Made by a program: the position numbers and the translations under genes. Below the pieces are notes generated by a model. That model searched no databases, was not told the DNA's origin, and saw nothing but the letters and a program-made list of their open reading frames with translations. A stretch of 64,000 bases of DNA. Source: Cirrosporium novae-zelandiae. Taxonomy: Eukaryota. Where the stretch lies: the NCBI GenBank assembly GCA_026023565.1, contig JAPETS010000072.1:1-64000 (forward strand), given 5' to 3'. Positions 50,254 through 62,117 of this stretch are shown here, piece after piece. How positions within the stretch are numbered: position 1 is the stretch's first letter; each line of letters opens with the position of its first letter.

Positions 50254-51255
50254 CTAAGAGTCTGCCACTTTAATTCCGCCAACCATCATCTCCAGCTCTT
50301 CCAGGCTTGGACGCTCCTGAGGTGAATCGCGAATGCATGCTTTCACGATAGCATCAAGGGGAGGGGGAACAGGCCATTCCACCAGATTTGTGATCGGGGC
50401 GTTTCCATATACTATGCCTTTTATCACATGGCCGAGGTCATAGATATCCGACTTTTCCGTCCAGCCAGCGTTCAAGACAGGCTGATGGGAAATCTCTGGT
50501 GCTAGGCGATTTCCCCACTGCCCCTCAAGATCACAGATAAGTAAGCGCCTGCCATCGGGAGAGAAAAGCAAGTTGTCAAGGCGTAAATCGCGATGGACAA
50601 TTCCAAGCAAATGGAGACATTTAAGACCGGCAATCAATTGTAAAATCCAGCTTTTGTAGGTATCGAGAGAGTGGAAGAGTGCCACAATATATCGAGGTTT
50701 GAATTTCTCAAACACCAGTTTACCATCAGATGATTTTCCAAGGAGTTGAATGATATGAGGCGAAATTGGTTCTCCTGGACAGGACCCTCCTTGACATTTA
50801 AGCAGATTCCGAATCTCGCTTTCATATTTCCCTTTCTTAACGAAATGTTTATCCGGATCAACGTTCATCGAGGGAAGCGAAGAAAGAATTGTACTAAGAT
50901 TTTCTGAATCATCTTCGTACGGCTCCGGTAGCTTTGGTACATTTTCAAGCTGGCTGATATAGTTGCCGACAATCTTGTAGTCACCATTCAATAATGGCAG
51001 GTCCTGGCGTAAACGAAGGATATCACCAGAGAGAGTACCTGGAAGGTCAGCCAGCTGAATGCATTGACCTTGAGGCCTGCCGTCGTCATACCAATATGTG
51101 TGGTACATGACGTTTTCAATCATATCCACGCTTTGTTCGATTACGGATCGGCCAGCGGGTGGAACTAAGTGGGTTGTCTCCCGCAATTCCATATATTCAG
51201 CTCGGAGACGGTGGACTTCTTTAGTGAAATTATCATTGGGAACGTTTCGGCTCAT
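50254..51255 (-). CDS. Fungal lineage-specific protein kinase, 333 aa
   Basis: FVKK, E helix, IVHRDLRLDNLL, ICDLEG, APE, SDIYDLG and ERPSL; intronless. Confidence 0.85.
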   Translation of the reverse strand: MSRNVPNDNFTKEVHRLRAEYMELRETTHLVPPAGRSVIEQSVDMIENVMYHTYWYDDGRPQGQCIQLADLPGTLSGDILRLRQDLPLLNGDYKIVGNYISQLENVPKLPEPYEDDSENLSTILSSLPSMNVDPDKHFVKKGKYESEIRNLLKCQGGSCPGEPISPHIIQLLGKSSDGKLVFEKFKPRYIVALFHSLDTYKSWILQLIAGLKCLHLLGIVHRDLRLDNLLFSPDGRRLLICDLEGQWGNRLAPEISHQPVLNAGWTEKSDIYDLGHVIKGIVYGNAPITNLVEWPVPPPLDAIVKACIRDSPQERPSLEELEMMVGGIKVADS

Positions 51256-53999
51256 AACTGCACCGTAGACAGCTGCTAAGTTGTGTGTGAGCGGGAGATA
51301 TTTAATAGGGAAATTTCATTAATTCACTTTCTATACTTTTATTATGCCTCGTAAGAGAAAGCTGTGGATTCTGCGTTGTAATCAATACAAAATGATTCCT
51401 TGAGGCAGTGATTCTTATTATGTGTAAGGATGTAGAATAAATCTATGAAAAACGTGCCATCTATATACGGATGCTTCGCACGGATAATTCCGGAACATCA
51501 TTATAACGGTGTCGGTCAGTCTAAAAACCTTCCCCTTCTTCTTCTTCTCCTTCTGAGTCACTTGACTGCTTTTCAATAACTATTATGTTTTTTTTTGTTT
51601 TTGTGTTTCATTTTAGTTAGTCAATAAGTTTCTCAGCGCCGTCAGTTGTGTTGTGTTGTGTGTGTCGATCTAAACCTAAAGCCTTTCCCGGACCTTCTCT
51701 TTTTTTTTTTACCTCCTACGTCTACCTCTACTTCTTATGCTTCTCCTTTTCCAATTCCCATTCTATATTTTTCTAATATCTGTTACTTGGTTACTAAGTA
51801 AGTTCCTCACTACCGTTGCCGTTGTGTTGGTTCTACCAGTTCCGTACCCATCTATCTATTTATCTATCTTTTCTTTTAGGTAGCTAGATAAAAGGTGAAG
51901 GATATATCAACCATATCCAGAAACACACACACACACACACTGATTGCTACATACCAATATATACGTATACCAGTAACCATGACGTGGCCAATCAATCAAC
52001 CACTAATTATCCATCCCCTCCCCTCTCTGACCCAAACCCAACTTGGTTATTTATTTATTTATGTATAGACATCTGGGAATATTGATATATTAATATGCTT
52101 AGGGCTAAGATAGATGGATGGATGAGATGAACTAAAGGGGGTGAGGGAAAGGGAAAGGGAAAGGGAAAGGGAAGAGAGGGAACGAAGACGGATGGATGGA
52201 GGACTTGGATAAAAATATCGAATCAAAGATCCTCCTCCGATACCTTACTATCCCACCCCTAAGTCCCTTCTCTTTATCTTCACTCCTTGTATTTAATTCT
52301 CGTAGTTTCCTTCTTTCTTTCTTTCTTTTCTTTTCCTTCTACACCATGATCATGACCATGACATGCACATTATATGTATATGACCCATGACTCGTAGTGG
52401 GGGCTCGGGGGAGCGAGAGAACGAATGAATTTTATATTTATATTTATATCTGTGCTTTTTTGGGGCGGGGGTATAGGTTTAGGGGTTAGGGTTTAGTTAT
52501 AATGGAGAGAATGGGGAATGGATAAGGCTAAAAGCGAAGGAAAAGTGAAATGGAGAAGAGGAGTGAGGTTGGAGGAGGGTGGAGGATTGGTAATAAGGAA
52601 TGAATAGATATAATGGATAGTTAGTCCAGTCCGCCGTTTCTGTTTCCTCTATTAATCGATTCCCTCACCTCACATACATAGATATATATGATAAGAGATC
52701 TCCTCTCCTTATCCAGTTTCAATGTTAATTCTCAAAAATACTTATGCTCGTACTGTATTAGTACTAGATATCTCTCTTGCCTCTCGTATTTCGAACAGCG
52801 GATTGCGTGTCGGGAGGGGAAGGGAGAGGGATGGAGGGAGGGAGGAACAGGTTTTGGGATTTTGAGATTGGGATTTGGGTTTGGGGAAATAGTGTGGACT
52901 GGATGGACTGGACGGTGGGATAGGGGGTAGGAGCTAGGGAAGGGTAAAGGGGTGGTGTAGGGGCTTGAACGAAGACGAGACTAGGTAAGACTCTTTTGAG
53001 GTAAGAGGTTTGATGTAATGGGCCTTTTTTATTCGGTAGATGAGCTGAGAGGATTTGATGTGATGGTGATGGTGATGGTGATGGTCTAGGATGAGATGGA
53101 GGTACTGTCATTTTGCCATTCTGCTATTTTTTTTATTTTATTTTTATTTTTTAATGTGAAGAGGAGAGGAGCCAACTGACCTATAAGAAAAATATTATAA
53201 TCTATCATCTGTAATATGTGTGTATCTCTTATCCCTAACCTTATCTTATCCTATTCCTTTTTTTTCTTTTCTCATATCCACTTTCCATCCAGATCCACGT
53301 ACAACCAAGATCAGCCTTTTCATATTTATATCTATATCTGGTTTGATTTTTTTGGTAATGATTTATTGCTCGGGAATGGAGTCGGACTGTGTGGGTAGGT
53401 AGGGAGTTTGCGGAGGTGGTTTGACACAGGTGAGACGGTTACTATGTATGGATGAATGGGTTAATGGTTTAATGGTTTGGTTTAGGAGATTGGGATTGGG
53501 ATTGGTACTTGGACCTACTTACTACATTCCATTCTGACCTATACATACGAACCAGACCCAGGATCCGGACTCGAGAAGGTAAACCGGAACCCAGGACCTC
53601 CTCTTTGTTTCCATGTTTAATTCGAAATTCGGAATTCGAGATGTCGGTGTCGATTTCAGTGTCGGTGATCCTGGAGTAGGTGCAAGGTTTAGTGTATACA
53701 TCTACCTACCTACCCACCTATCCACCTGCCTGCCTATCTGTCTGCCTGGCGTTGCCGTTAGTGATATACGAAGAAGCTCGAAACCAGAAAAGAAAATAAG
53801 ATCGGGTATGAGACCAGAGAGAAGGAAGGGCGTACGAGGAACGAGGAATTGAATGAAAGTGAAGTGAGGTATTATTATAGGAAGGGTATGACAAAACTGT
53901 GGTGGGCAAGATAGATGGAACGGACGTTAGGTGTTGGATCTAACAATCTAACAATTTATCTAACGAACGGACTCCTAAACCACAATCCTCCTTAGCGTT

Positions 54000-55290
54000 A
54001 CAACGCCTGGGATATGGGTTTTTGATGTATAAGCTTGTTATTTGAGCTTAGAAACACAAGCAAGCTTATTCGTGCTTATTGATTGCGCAATTGGTGAATA
54101 TAAGAGGGGAAACCCCTAAACTGAGGGTAAACCTAAGGAATCCTAGGGGGCTGGGCTGGGCTGTAGCCTAGGATTGTTGAATAGGGGATATAAAGTCCAA
54201 AATCTTATGGATATTGTGGGGATATCAATGTAAAGGCCTAGTGGGGGATTGAGGAAAAGAATTGATAGGAGGTTTCGAAGGGGCCTTGAGGGGCTTAGCT
54301 GAGGCCTTGGTTGGGGTAGGCTTTTTGGTAGGGGCCCTAGGAAGCTTCTGGGGGGCCTAGGGGTTGCTAGGTCCTAGAGGTTCTCACAAAGCTCTATTAA
54401 AACGAAGGTCTTTGCAAGCAATGCCTGCAATTGAGGGGGTGATCTAGGGCTGGGGGGGTGGTCGAAGGTCGAGGTTTGAGCGGTACAGGTGGTGATGCAG
54501 CAATTGCGATAGTCGCTGCAGGAGGCGACTAGGCTTTTTTAGGGAACTAGGGCTAAGACAAGGGGTCGAGGTTTGTATTGCGTAAGTTCCTTTTCTTATA
54601 CAATTGTAGGTGAATACCAGGTTTTGAAAGCTAGTAAATGACACAGTGCTGTTTGGGAGCGGAACCATGGTTAGGGCACGTAGTAGTCGAGCTCGGGGGG
54701 GGGGAGCTTCTAGAGTTGGTATATTAGTTTTTAGAGCTTCTAGAAGACCTGGCTGCAGGTGGTGCAATATTCGAACCAGAGTTTGTGGGGGTGATCGAGG
54801 CTTGGGAATCAGGCGTGTTAAGCATAGAAGTTGCAAAATATGTTCTATGGAGCGTATTGCGATAGTTGTATGCCAACTTTTGCAACTGGGCCCTGTTTAA
54901 TGCGTATACCCCCAGTTTAAAGGTTTTTATTTCTAATATTTCTATGCATTCTTCGTTTATACATCACTCGTACGACCTGTGGGAGTCCATTTTGAAAGCC
55001 TAGTTGCGGTACTAGGTTGGGGGTTTGGTGTGAGGCTTGGTACAAAGCTCGGAGGGATTTATAAAGAGGCTCTCTGTCTAGCTAGTAAAATACCAGGGAA
55101 ACTGAGGTTCGGTCGACGGAGGGAGGGAGGGGTAAGGTATGGAAGCTCAAGGGAGCTTGAACGGAGGCTCGGTGGGAGATTGTCGTCGAGAGGCTCTCAA
55201 GTTAGCTATTAAAATAGTAGGAAAGTTGAGGTTCGGTCGATGGAGAAAAGGAGGAGTACAGGAAGGATCTCAATTTGATTAGCAAAATAT
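54000..55290 (-). mobile_element. RIP-degraded transposon-like relic
   Basis: Long Pro/Ser/Thr-rich minus-strand frame broken mostly by TAG/TAA codons, excess ctag/cctag, a CRHC motif, and ~120-bp diverged direct repeats at 55044-55273. Confidence 0.4.
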
Positions 55291-55985
55291 TAAAAAAATT
55301 AGATTCAAAGGTCTGACGGTGAACAAGATATTAACTTGGTGGGTGAAATAGAGATAGATGCGAAATCAAAAGGTGAGAGGGGCGGAAGCCGGGTAAGCAG
55401 ACAAGTTGTTCTCCACAAGCTGTTAAGGAGGAGGCCTCACTTTTGCTAACAAAATTCTAGCAAAGCCAAAGTCAAGGTTGCAAGGATCAGAGTAGAAAAG
55501 GCAAAGGTTTTATGGAATATTCTTTCATTGAAGAACATGACATGTCTACACTATTTGAGTTCTAGTAACAGAACTACCTATGACACTACGAAACTGAAGC
55601 CCCAGAAAGAAAGAAAAAAGTCTTATAGTTGTTAAATCAATGGGAATGAGAAGCAAAACAATAATGCCATTGACTGTCTAGGTAAACAAATACTTTTCCC
55701 ATTCATTTCTTTCTCCAAAACAAACAAATACAAAATGCTTTTCTTTTATACCCCCCTCTCCACCTCCCCACCGATCACACTTTTCTATGCAACATGCAAG
55801 ATGGGCAGAAAGCTGAACTAACTTCCCCATCCCATACACAACCGTTGCCGTTCGACGTCAAGCACGAATAGCAAAAGACAGACATACAAAGATAAAGGCC
55901 TAAATCTCAAAAAGAGAGAAAGAGTTGAGGCCATACACCACCCCGTAGCTGGCTCCTTCGAAAGAAAACGAACCACCCTCTCATC

Positions 55986-56280
55986 TTAATGACTACTCTT
56001 CCCCTTCCCATTTCCCTTTCCGTGTTCTCTCCTCCACTTCCTGTGTTCCTCTTCTTCTCTACACGTCCCTATTGAACAAATCAGTCCCCCATCCCCCCAA
56101 AAAGCCCACATCCCCAAACAAAATAAAAAAACACTCACCACACATCCTCTCCAAATCATACAACTCCTCACTCACGTTAGGCTCACACCGCACCCCCGTC
56201 TGCACGTATTGTAAACACCAAGCCTTTATCCAATATTGAGCGTGGCCGCATGAGTATTCGACTCTTTTGTGGGAGCACAT
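55986..56280 (-). CDS. 74-aa Cys/His-rich small protein (probable Zn-binding), 1 intron
   Basis: Exons 56280-56139 and 56068-55986; MCSHKRVEYSCGHAQYWIKAWCLQY.....RCEPNV.......RMCG|TCR; canonical GTGAGT donor and TAG acceptor. Confidence 0.75.
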
Positions 56281-57266
56281 GGTTGGTGGGGGGGATGGGG
56301 GTGGAGAGGGGTATGGGTTTGGGCTTTTCAAGTTGAACCTGGATCTGAATCTGGTCGGGTGAGGGTTCTGATGACGAGTGAGGCCGTGTCTGTGGTGGTT
56401 GCAGTGGTGGAAAAAAAGTATGGAGAGTATGGAATATGAGAGAAGGAATGCTGGATGCATGTGCGTGTATGTGCGTGTGAAGAGGGAGAGAAAAAATGAG
56501 GTTGGAGGGTTGAATGTTTATATAGTATACTATTTCGTCGGAACTGATAACTGGTATAACCAATAAGTGAGTGAGTGGTGAGTGAGTGAGGCTGATATAT
56601 CACCATAACATTATATCGCACAAACAGACAAACAAATAAACTGGGCGTTCGTATTCACCAATGGCCCATCCACAAAGGCAAGCCTACTGAAAAATCTTTT
56701 TCTTCTCAAAAACCCAATCAGTCAAATCAGTTAGTTCAACGTTAATGAATCGGAACTACTTAACAGCATCAACCCTACTGTGTCCCGCTACCCTTACTCC
56801 TTATTAGGGATTTGGAATTGGAACACGAATATGCACTCCTTGTCCTGCATCCCGCATGCCCTGAAAAAAAGGAGAGAGAGAAAGAGAGAGAGAAATGGAT
56901 GGATGAGTGAGCGGGTGAGTGAGGCGGATGAGTGGATAGGAATTCATCCGTGAAGTTAGACATGATGTTAAGGATATTAAGATGTTAAGATGCATGGCAT
57001 GTACGCCCGAGAAATGAGGAAGGAGAACTTTGTTCAGCTTTCATCTACAGCAGTTCCAGTTTTGGTTTTAGTTCTAGTTCTATCTAGCTGCACGGAGTAG
57101 GGCATAAGGCATAGATGAATGGATTGGATGGGACATAAGCACCAGCCAACCAGCCAACCAACTGAACAAACAAAACAAAACACATATATTACCCCTGGAT
57201 CCTGAATTCTAATCCACTCAGTCTCGCCGATCTCCTCGATCTCCCCGACTTTCTTCCTTCTAGAAC

Positions 57267-57330
57267 ACCCGCTGAGCCTCTAGTTTCTTCTTTCCATTCC
57301 CCTTCCCGTCCTTCTAGAAGCTCAGCGGGT
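57267..57330. repeat. 17-bp inverted repeat with a 30-nt pyrimidine-rich loop, flanked by TTCTAGAA motifs
   Basis: acccgctgagcctctag ... ctagaagctcagcgggt (1 mismatch). Confidence 0.8.
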
Positions 57331-60300
57331 AATCCCAAGCCACCAATTCCATTCCCACTTCCATGTGCATCCTATCCATCTATCCAATCCGCTCTTCGAG
57401 GGGACTTTCCGTTTCTATGGGAATGGGGTTTCTTTCGAGTCGTTATCCGTGCTGCAGTAATAGGGTTTGGTTTTTTAGTGATGGGAAGAAGGAGCGGTAA
57501 GGGGTAAAGGAGGGGGGGATGAGAGGGTTTTATCTCCTTTCCTATTCTATGTGAGCCTCTATGAACCTGTGTGAAAGGTAGGTGAATGAATGAATGATTG
57601 ATTGATTGACGGGATTACCCGGATACGTTAATGAGATGTGAGAGCTTCTCGTACGGGCTGACTGGCTAGCTAGCTAGCCACCTTACCTTCGTATTCGATT
57701 TGATATCAGGCTTCAAATTAGGAAGGAAATGGAAAAAAAGGAAAGAAAGTAATAGGAAAGGAGGGAAGCCATACATGTACATACGGTAGGTAGCAGCACA
57801 CATAATGGGTACATAGTAAATAGTAACACTAGCAGTAAGAGATATAACTATAGCTCCCATAGTTCCTTAAAAAACTACAACTAGAACTAGAACTAGATAA
57901 AAATAATAATAAAACATAAATATTGAATTTGAGCGCCTCTACTTTGCTTTATTTTTGCTCTTTTTTACTACTACCTGTATAACCGTTACCCATTAACGGT
58001 TTAATTATAAAGGGTTCAGAGGATAAAAGAGATTGGTAGGTTAATTTCGGGGGTTTTTTTGAAAGAGGGGAGATGAGATAGGGTATATGGGATATGGGTT
58101 CGGTATGAAAGTGTAATAAGAAGGTGGAAGAAGGGGTGGAGTGAGTGAGCGAGCAAGTACCTTACTAGGTAAGGAAGTAAAATCAGTGGGTGAGTGAGTG
58201 CTTATGTCCCCCTTCTGAAAAATTCAAAAACCAAGCCCAAGTAGCAATAGCAACAATAAAAACCCTAACATTTCCATTTCCATTTCTATTTCTTATTCCT
58301 TATCTTATGCCATGCCAATTATTACTTTAGTATGTATATATGAACACTGTATTTGGAAAACTTTAAAGAAAAAAACCTTTTATTTTTGCTTTGGGAAAAG
58401 TTTGGTTAGCTTGACTAGGTTGATATTCTCTCTACTGCTCTGTAAGATAGATTCAGATCCTAGATATCAGGGATATTTGGATTTATTTTTGGACTGGGTT
58501 GGAGGGGGAGATTGAAAAAAGTAAAAGGATTAGATAGATCTATAGAATTGAAGCTCGAAGCGCGCGAGTATACCCCCCCTCGCCTCAAAACAATAACGAG
58601 CGTCGTAGTCGCCCGTTTGACTTATTATAGACTCTCTCTCCTCTCTCTTGCCCCCAGCTAATCACACTCATCCTATCCGGCGATATAATATAATAAATAC
58701 CTCAATGCACGTAAGTTATTCTGGAAACGGAAACGTCTAGAAAACAACGGGTTGAGGTTGCTGAGGGGAAGTTGTTTGTTGTTGGAGAGTTGGAGAGTTG
58801 GAGAGGGGGGGTTTAAGGTTAAGGTTTGTGGTTTGTGGTTTGTGGTTTGGGGTTTGAGTTTGAGTTCTAAATTTGAGGTTGGTTGTGGGGTAGAGTATGG
58901 GTGAGGAGGAGAGAAGAGGAGAGAGATATTCGGGCTCAGGCTCAGGTGAGGAGATAGATATCTATTATGGTTTATGTTATCCCGATGCTATATCCAAATA
59001 CCAGTTTGGTTTGGTTTGGTTCGATTTCCCAAGAAGCGCTAGTGGCTTGGTCACACTGGTTATTAGGGTTCTTCTAGAAAAGAAAATTGTTTGATTCTAG
59101 TGTGAAGGGTAGATAGGTGGATTCCTTGATTTTCTAAACTAGGTATAGGTATATGTGTAACTGGAAGCGGAGGTGGAGGTGGGAAAATTCTCGATATAGA
59201 TATGGTGGGTGGTGTTGTTGGCTGCTTCGAATGACGATGCGGATGTAGATTGAGACTGGGATCGGGAAAAAGAGGAGAAGAAGAGGCGTGTAGTGGTCTG
59301 CTTTAGTTTAGGCCGCCGTTAGAAAGTTAGAAAAAAAAGGGGGCTGTGGGGTTGTTCATTCCCATCCATCCAACTATCCATCTATTTATCCACCCATCCA
59401 TGCTGGAACCAGGCACTTCTTCGATTCTTCGATTCTTCGATCGATTGATCGATTGTTCGATAGGTTAAGATCAGATGAGATGGGATGGGATGGGGTGGCT
59501 CCGTCCGTTCGAATGTTCGTTGACGCGGGGAAGGTGCTTGCTAATTATCTAGTTGGAGGAAAGCTGATGGCTGATCTAGACCTGAACCAACCTAATAATC
59601 GGGTCGTGCTTGTTCTTGTTTTTTTGTGTCTTATACTTCTATACTTTCACAGCCAAGCCAAACCAGCGCCAAGCTAAGGCCAGGCAAAATAGTATGCAAT
59701 TTGAGTTTTTTCTTTCTTTTGGGTTTTTTTTTCTCTTTGGTTACACGAGAAGGAAGGATAAATGGATATATCAGGCCGGTCTGGGACTAGGGAAATATGG
59801 AATATGCATGTGAGATTTGAATTTTTTTCTTTCTTTCTCTTTTTTGGGGTTTGAATGGCTGGCTGGGGTGTCCTAGCTGAGCCGGGTGTTGGGTGTTGGT
59901 GAGATTGGGGAATTAATGGAAAGGATAAGTGGATTAGATCATGGTTGTAATGGAGAAATGGGGGAGAGGGAAAAGGGCATGGATGTATATGTATACGCAA
60001 ATGAATGAGAACGCGTGCACCCTCCCCCTCTCCTCTCCTTTGCAGACTTTTACAACCCTGGTCTGGTCACTCACCCACGCCGCGGGTGCAAGTGTAACAT
60101 ACATCTATCGTCTAGGCTATGGCGTGTGGGGAATGGCTTGAGGGGGAAGGGAGGGGTGAATAGTTAGTGGAAACCTCCGAGAGCGAACTTGGAACTTGGA
60201 TTTGGAACTTGGATGTATTTACGATTTAATGCCTGGGGATATGATAAGTGCAATTTCTTGGTTAATATTAATGGTCGAGATGACTGGCAACTCGTATGGT

Positions 60301-60337
60301 ATGCTGCGGGTTCTGCATTAAGTATTTCCATCAGCGA

Positions 60338-60391
60338 TGTTCGTCATAGCTTAGAAGTGACGTGTAGACAATAAAATGAATCATCATTATC
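60338..60391 (+). mobile_element. Short LINE 3'-end fragment
   Basis: tgttcgtcatagcttagaagtgacgtgtagacaataaaatgaatcatcattatc, similar to 25841-25900 and 7411-7472. Confidence 0.7.
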
Positions 60392-60462
60392 TCAACTAGC
60401 TTGTTACTGTAGCAGAAGGCTGTCGTAATACTGCATATAAGCTAAATCCATTCGTTCATAGA

Positions 60463-61514
60463 TCACACCAGCGCCGATTCGCCTACAACAAGACCAGCTT
60501 CGTCATCATTGCTAGGAAGTCCAATGCACGAAAAATCCAAATCATTATTACCCGATTTCTTCCTCACGCCGGTATTGTTTGCTTTCGCCCTGGTTCCAAT
60601 ATGTACTAGTTTCACCTTTGCATATAATCCAATCATTGGGAGGCGAGTAGCGTATAAGCTAGCACACATTTGCATAATCTATTATCGAGTTACTCTATCA
60701 ATGTTCGTCCCAAGAACCCGGAATCCAACCTACCGAAAAAGACTGTACGAGTCCTCCTGCAATTTCATTTTTCCAACCAAGTGCCAAGCACAGTGACGAT
60801 GGGCAGGCAATCAAAAGGCATAGGGAGATACTGGCAAATAAAAAATGGAAATTATGACGCGTGGTAGTGGTGGCGGCAAGAGGTTCAGAAGGCCTGGAAA
60901 CAAATTGCCAAAGAAGTAGGTAATATCCAATACATAAGAAAAAGTATGAGCTATAATAGGCGGTGATCATCGCGGTTAGAGCAGTATTTTTCGGAATGGC
61001 GGTAGCCGCACTGTTTATGACGTAAATTAGATGTCGTTTCAGCTGAGGGGGTGGTTGGATTTAGGGCTGTACCTGGAAATAATCCAGACTATTTCGAAAA
61101 ATATCAAAAGACATAAAGGAACAAAAATCCATTGGCTGTAATAAGATTGGCCGAAACTTTCCCATAGCCGCTCAAGCTCATATGCTAAAAGTATGGGTAC
61201 GTAAGAAAGCATCAACGAAAAATATAGACGCTGGATGATTGTATTGTCTATTCAATCAGAGCGTTACTATGTTACTATAACTGTAGGGGGAGGGTTCTCT
61301 TACCATGGCTAACTTTGCCAAGCTGCATGATGTTGAGCACAAGCAGTGCAATAGAGAGAAGGAGGAGGAATATAGGCAACCCATATCGAATCATGCGGTG
61401 AGAGCGTGACAGTGTTTGACGAGGCGGCAATAACACGACACCTACTAGTAGAAGGATCGTGCATAGAAGAGTGACCACAAAGGGTGCTAAACATGAAGGG
61501 TTCAAGGAAGGCAT
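60463..61514 (-). CDS. Orphan 292-aa multi-pass (predicted 7-TM) membrane protein, 4 exons
   Basis: Exons 61514-61304, 61247-61073, 61010-60734 and 60678-60463 join in frame (879 nt) via 55-62-nt GT-AG introns; seven hydrophobic segments and a polar C-tail. Confidence 0.7.
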
Positions 61515-62117
61515 AGCGTCCCAATTTTCTCAATCAATGGGTGGAGACGTGGTAGAAAAAATAGGTAGAAAGGGGTAGGTAATGGACAGAAACTGGGCAA
61601 AACAGTTGAGCTAAGCAAAAGGTTTCAGTGTCCAGAGCCTGTATATATAGAAAAGCCAAGGAAACAAGCAATCATTGAAATCGATGCAGCTTTCTACAAA
61701 ACTAGGATCTCAACCAGGAAAACATGCATCCCGATACTATGGGCATTCGGTCCGAGTACAGTAATTACATACATATTAGATGATTGAGTGCCAAAACGAC
61801 AAGAGATTTCCGATGATCGAAGCCACATTTTCCATCATGGGATTCTGGCAGAAAAATTCGAGCAGATGATGCATAAGAAATAACGAATGCATAACAACAA
61901 CATTATGAGGGATACTTGCTTTTAGTTTGAATTTCTGATAGGATAACGGAAGTGGGTCAAGATTCCGTCTATCTAACCGAAAAAGGACATTCTCATCGTA
62001 GATACTCCACGAAAAGTCCATTTCTAGTTAGTGCTATATAAGTAGGCGGAGATGCCGCTACTCGCCCATTATCATCCCCAAAATTCATAAACCGACTCCT
62101 CAATTTATTCCTCAATA

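Noticed and set aside
52477..52497. Telomere-like ttagggg/ttaggg units
   Set aside because: Only two to three imperfect units within low-complexity DNA
57318..57335. Reverse complement resembles the 28S rRNA 5' motif GGATTACCCGCTGAACTT
   Set aside because: Only 18 nt with no flanking rRNA similarity; explained as one arm of a local inverted repeat
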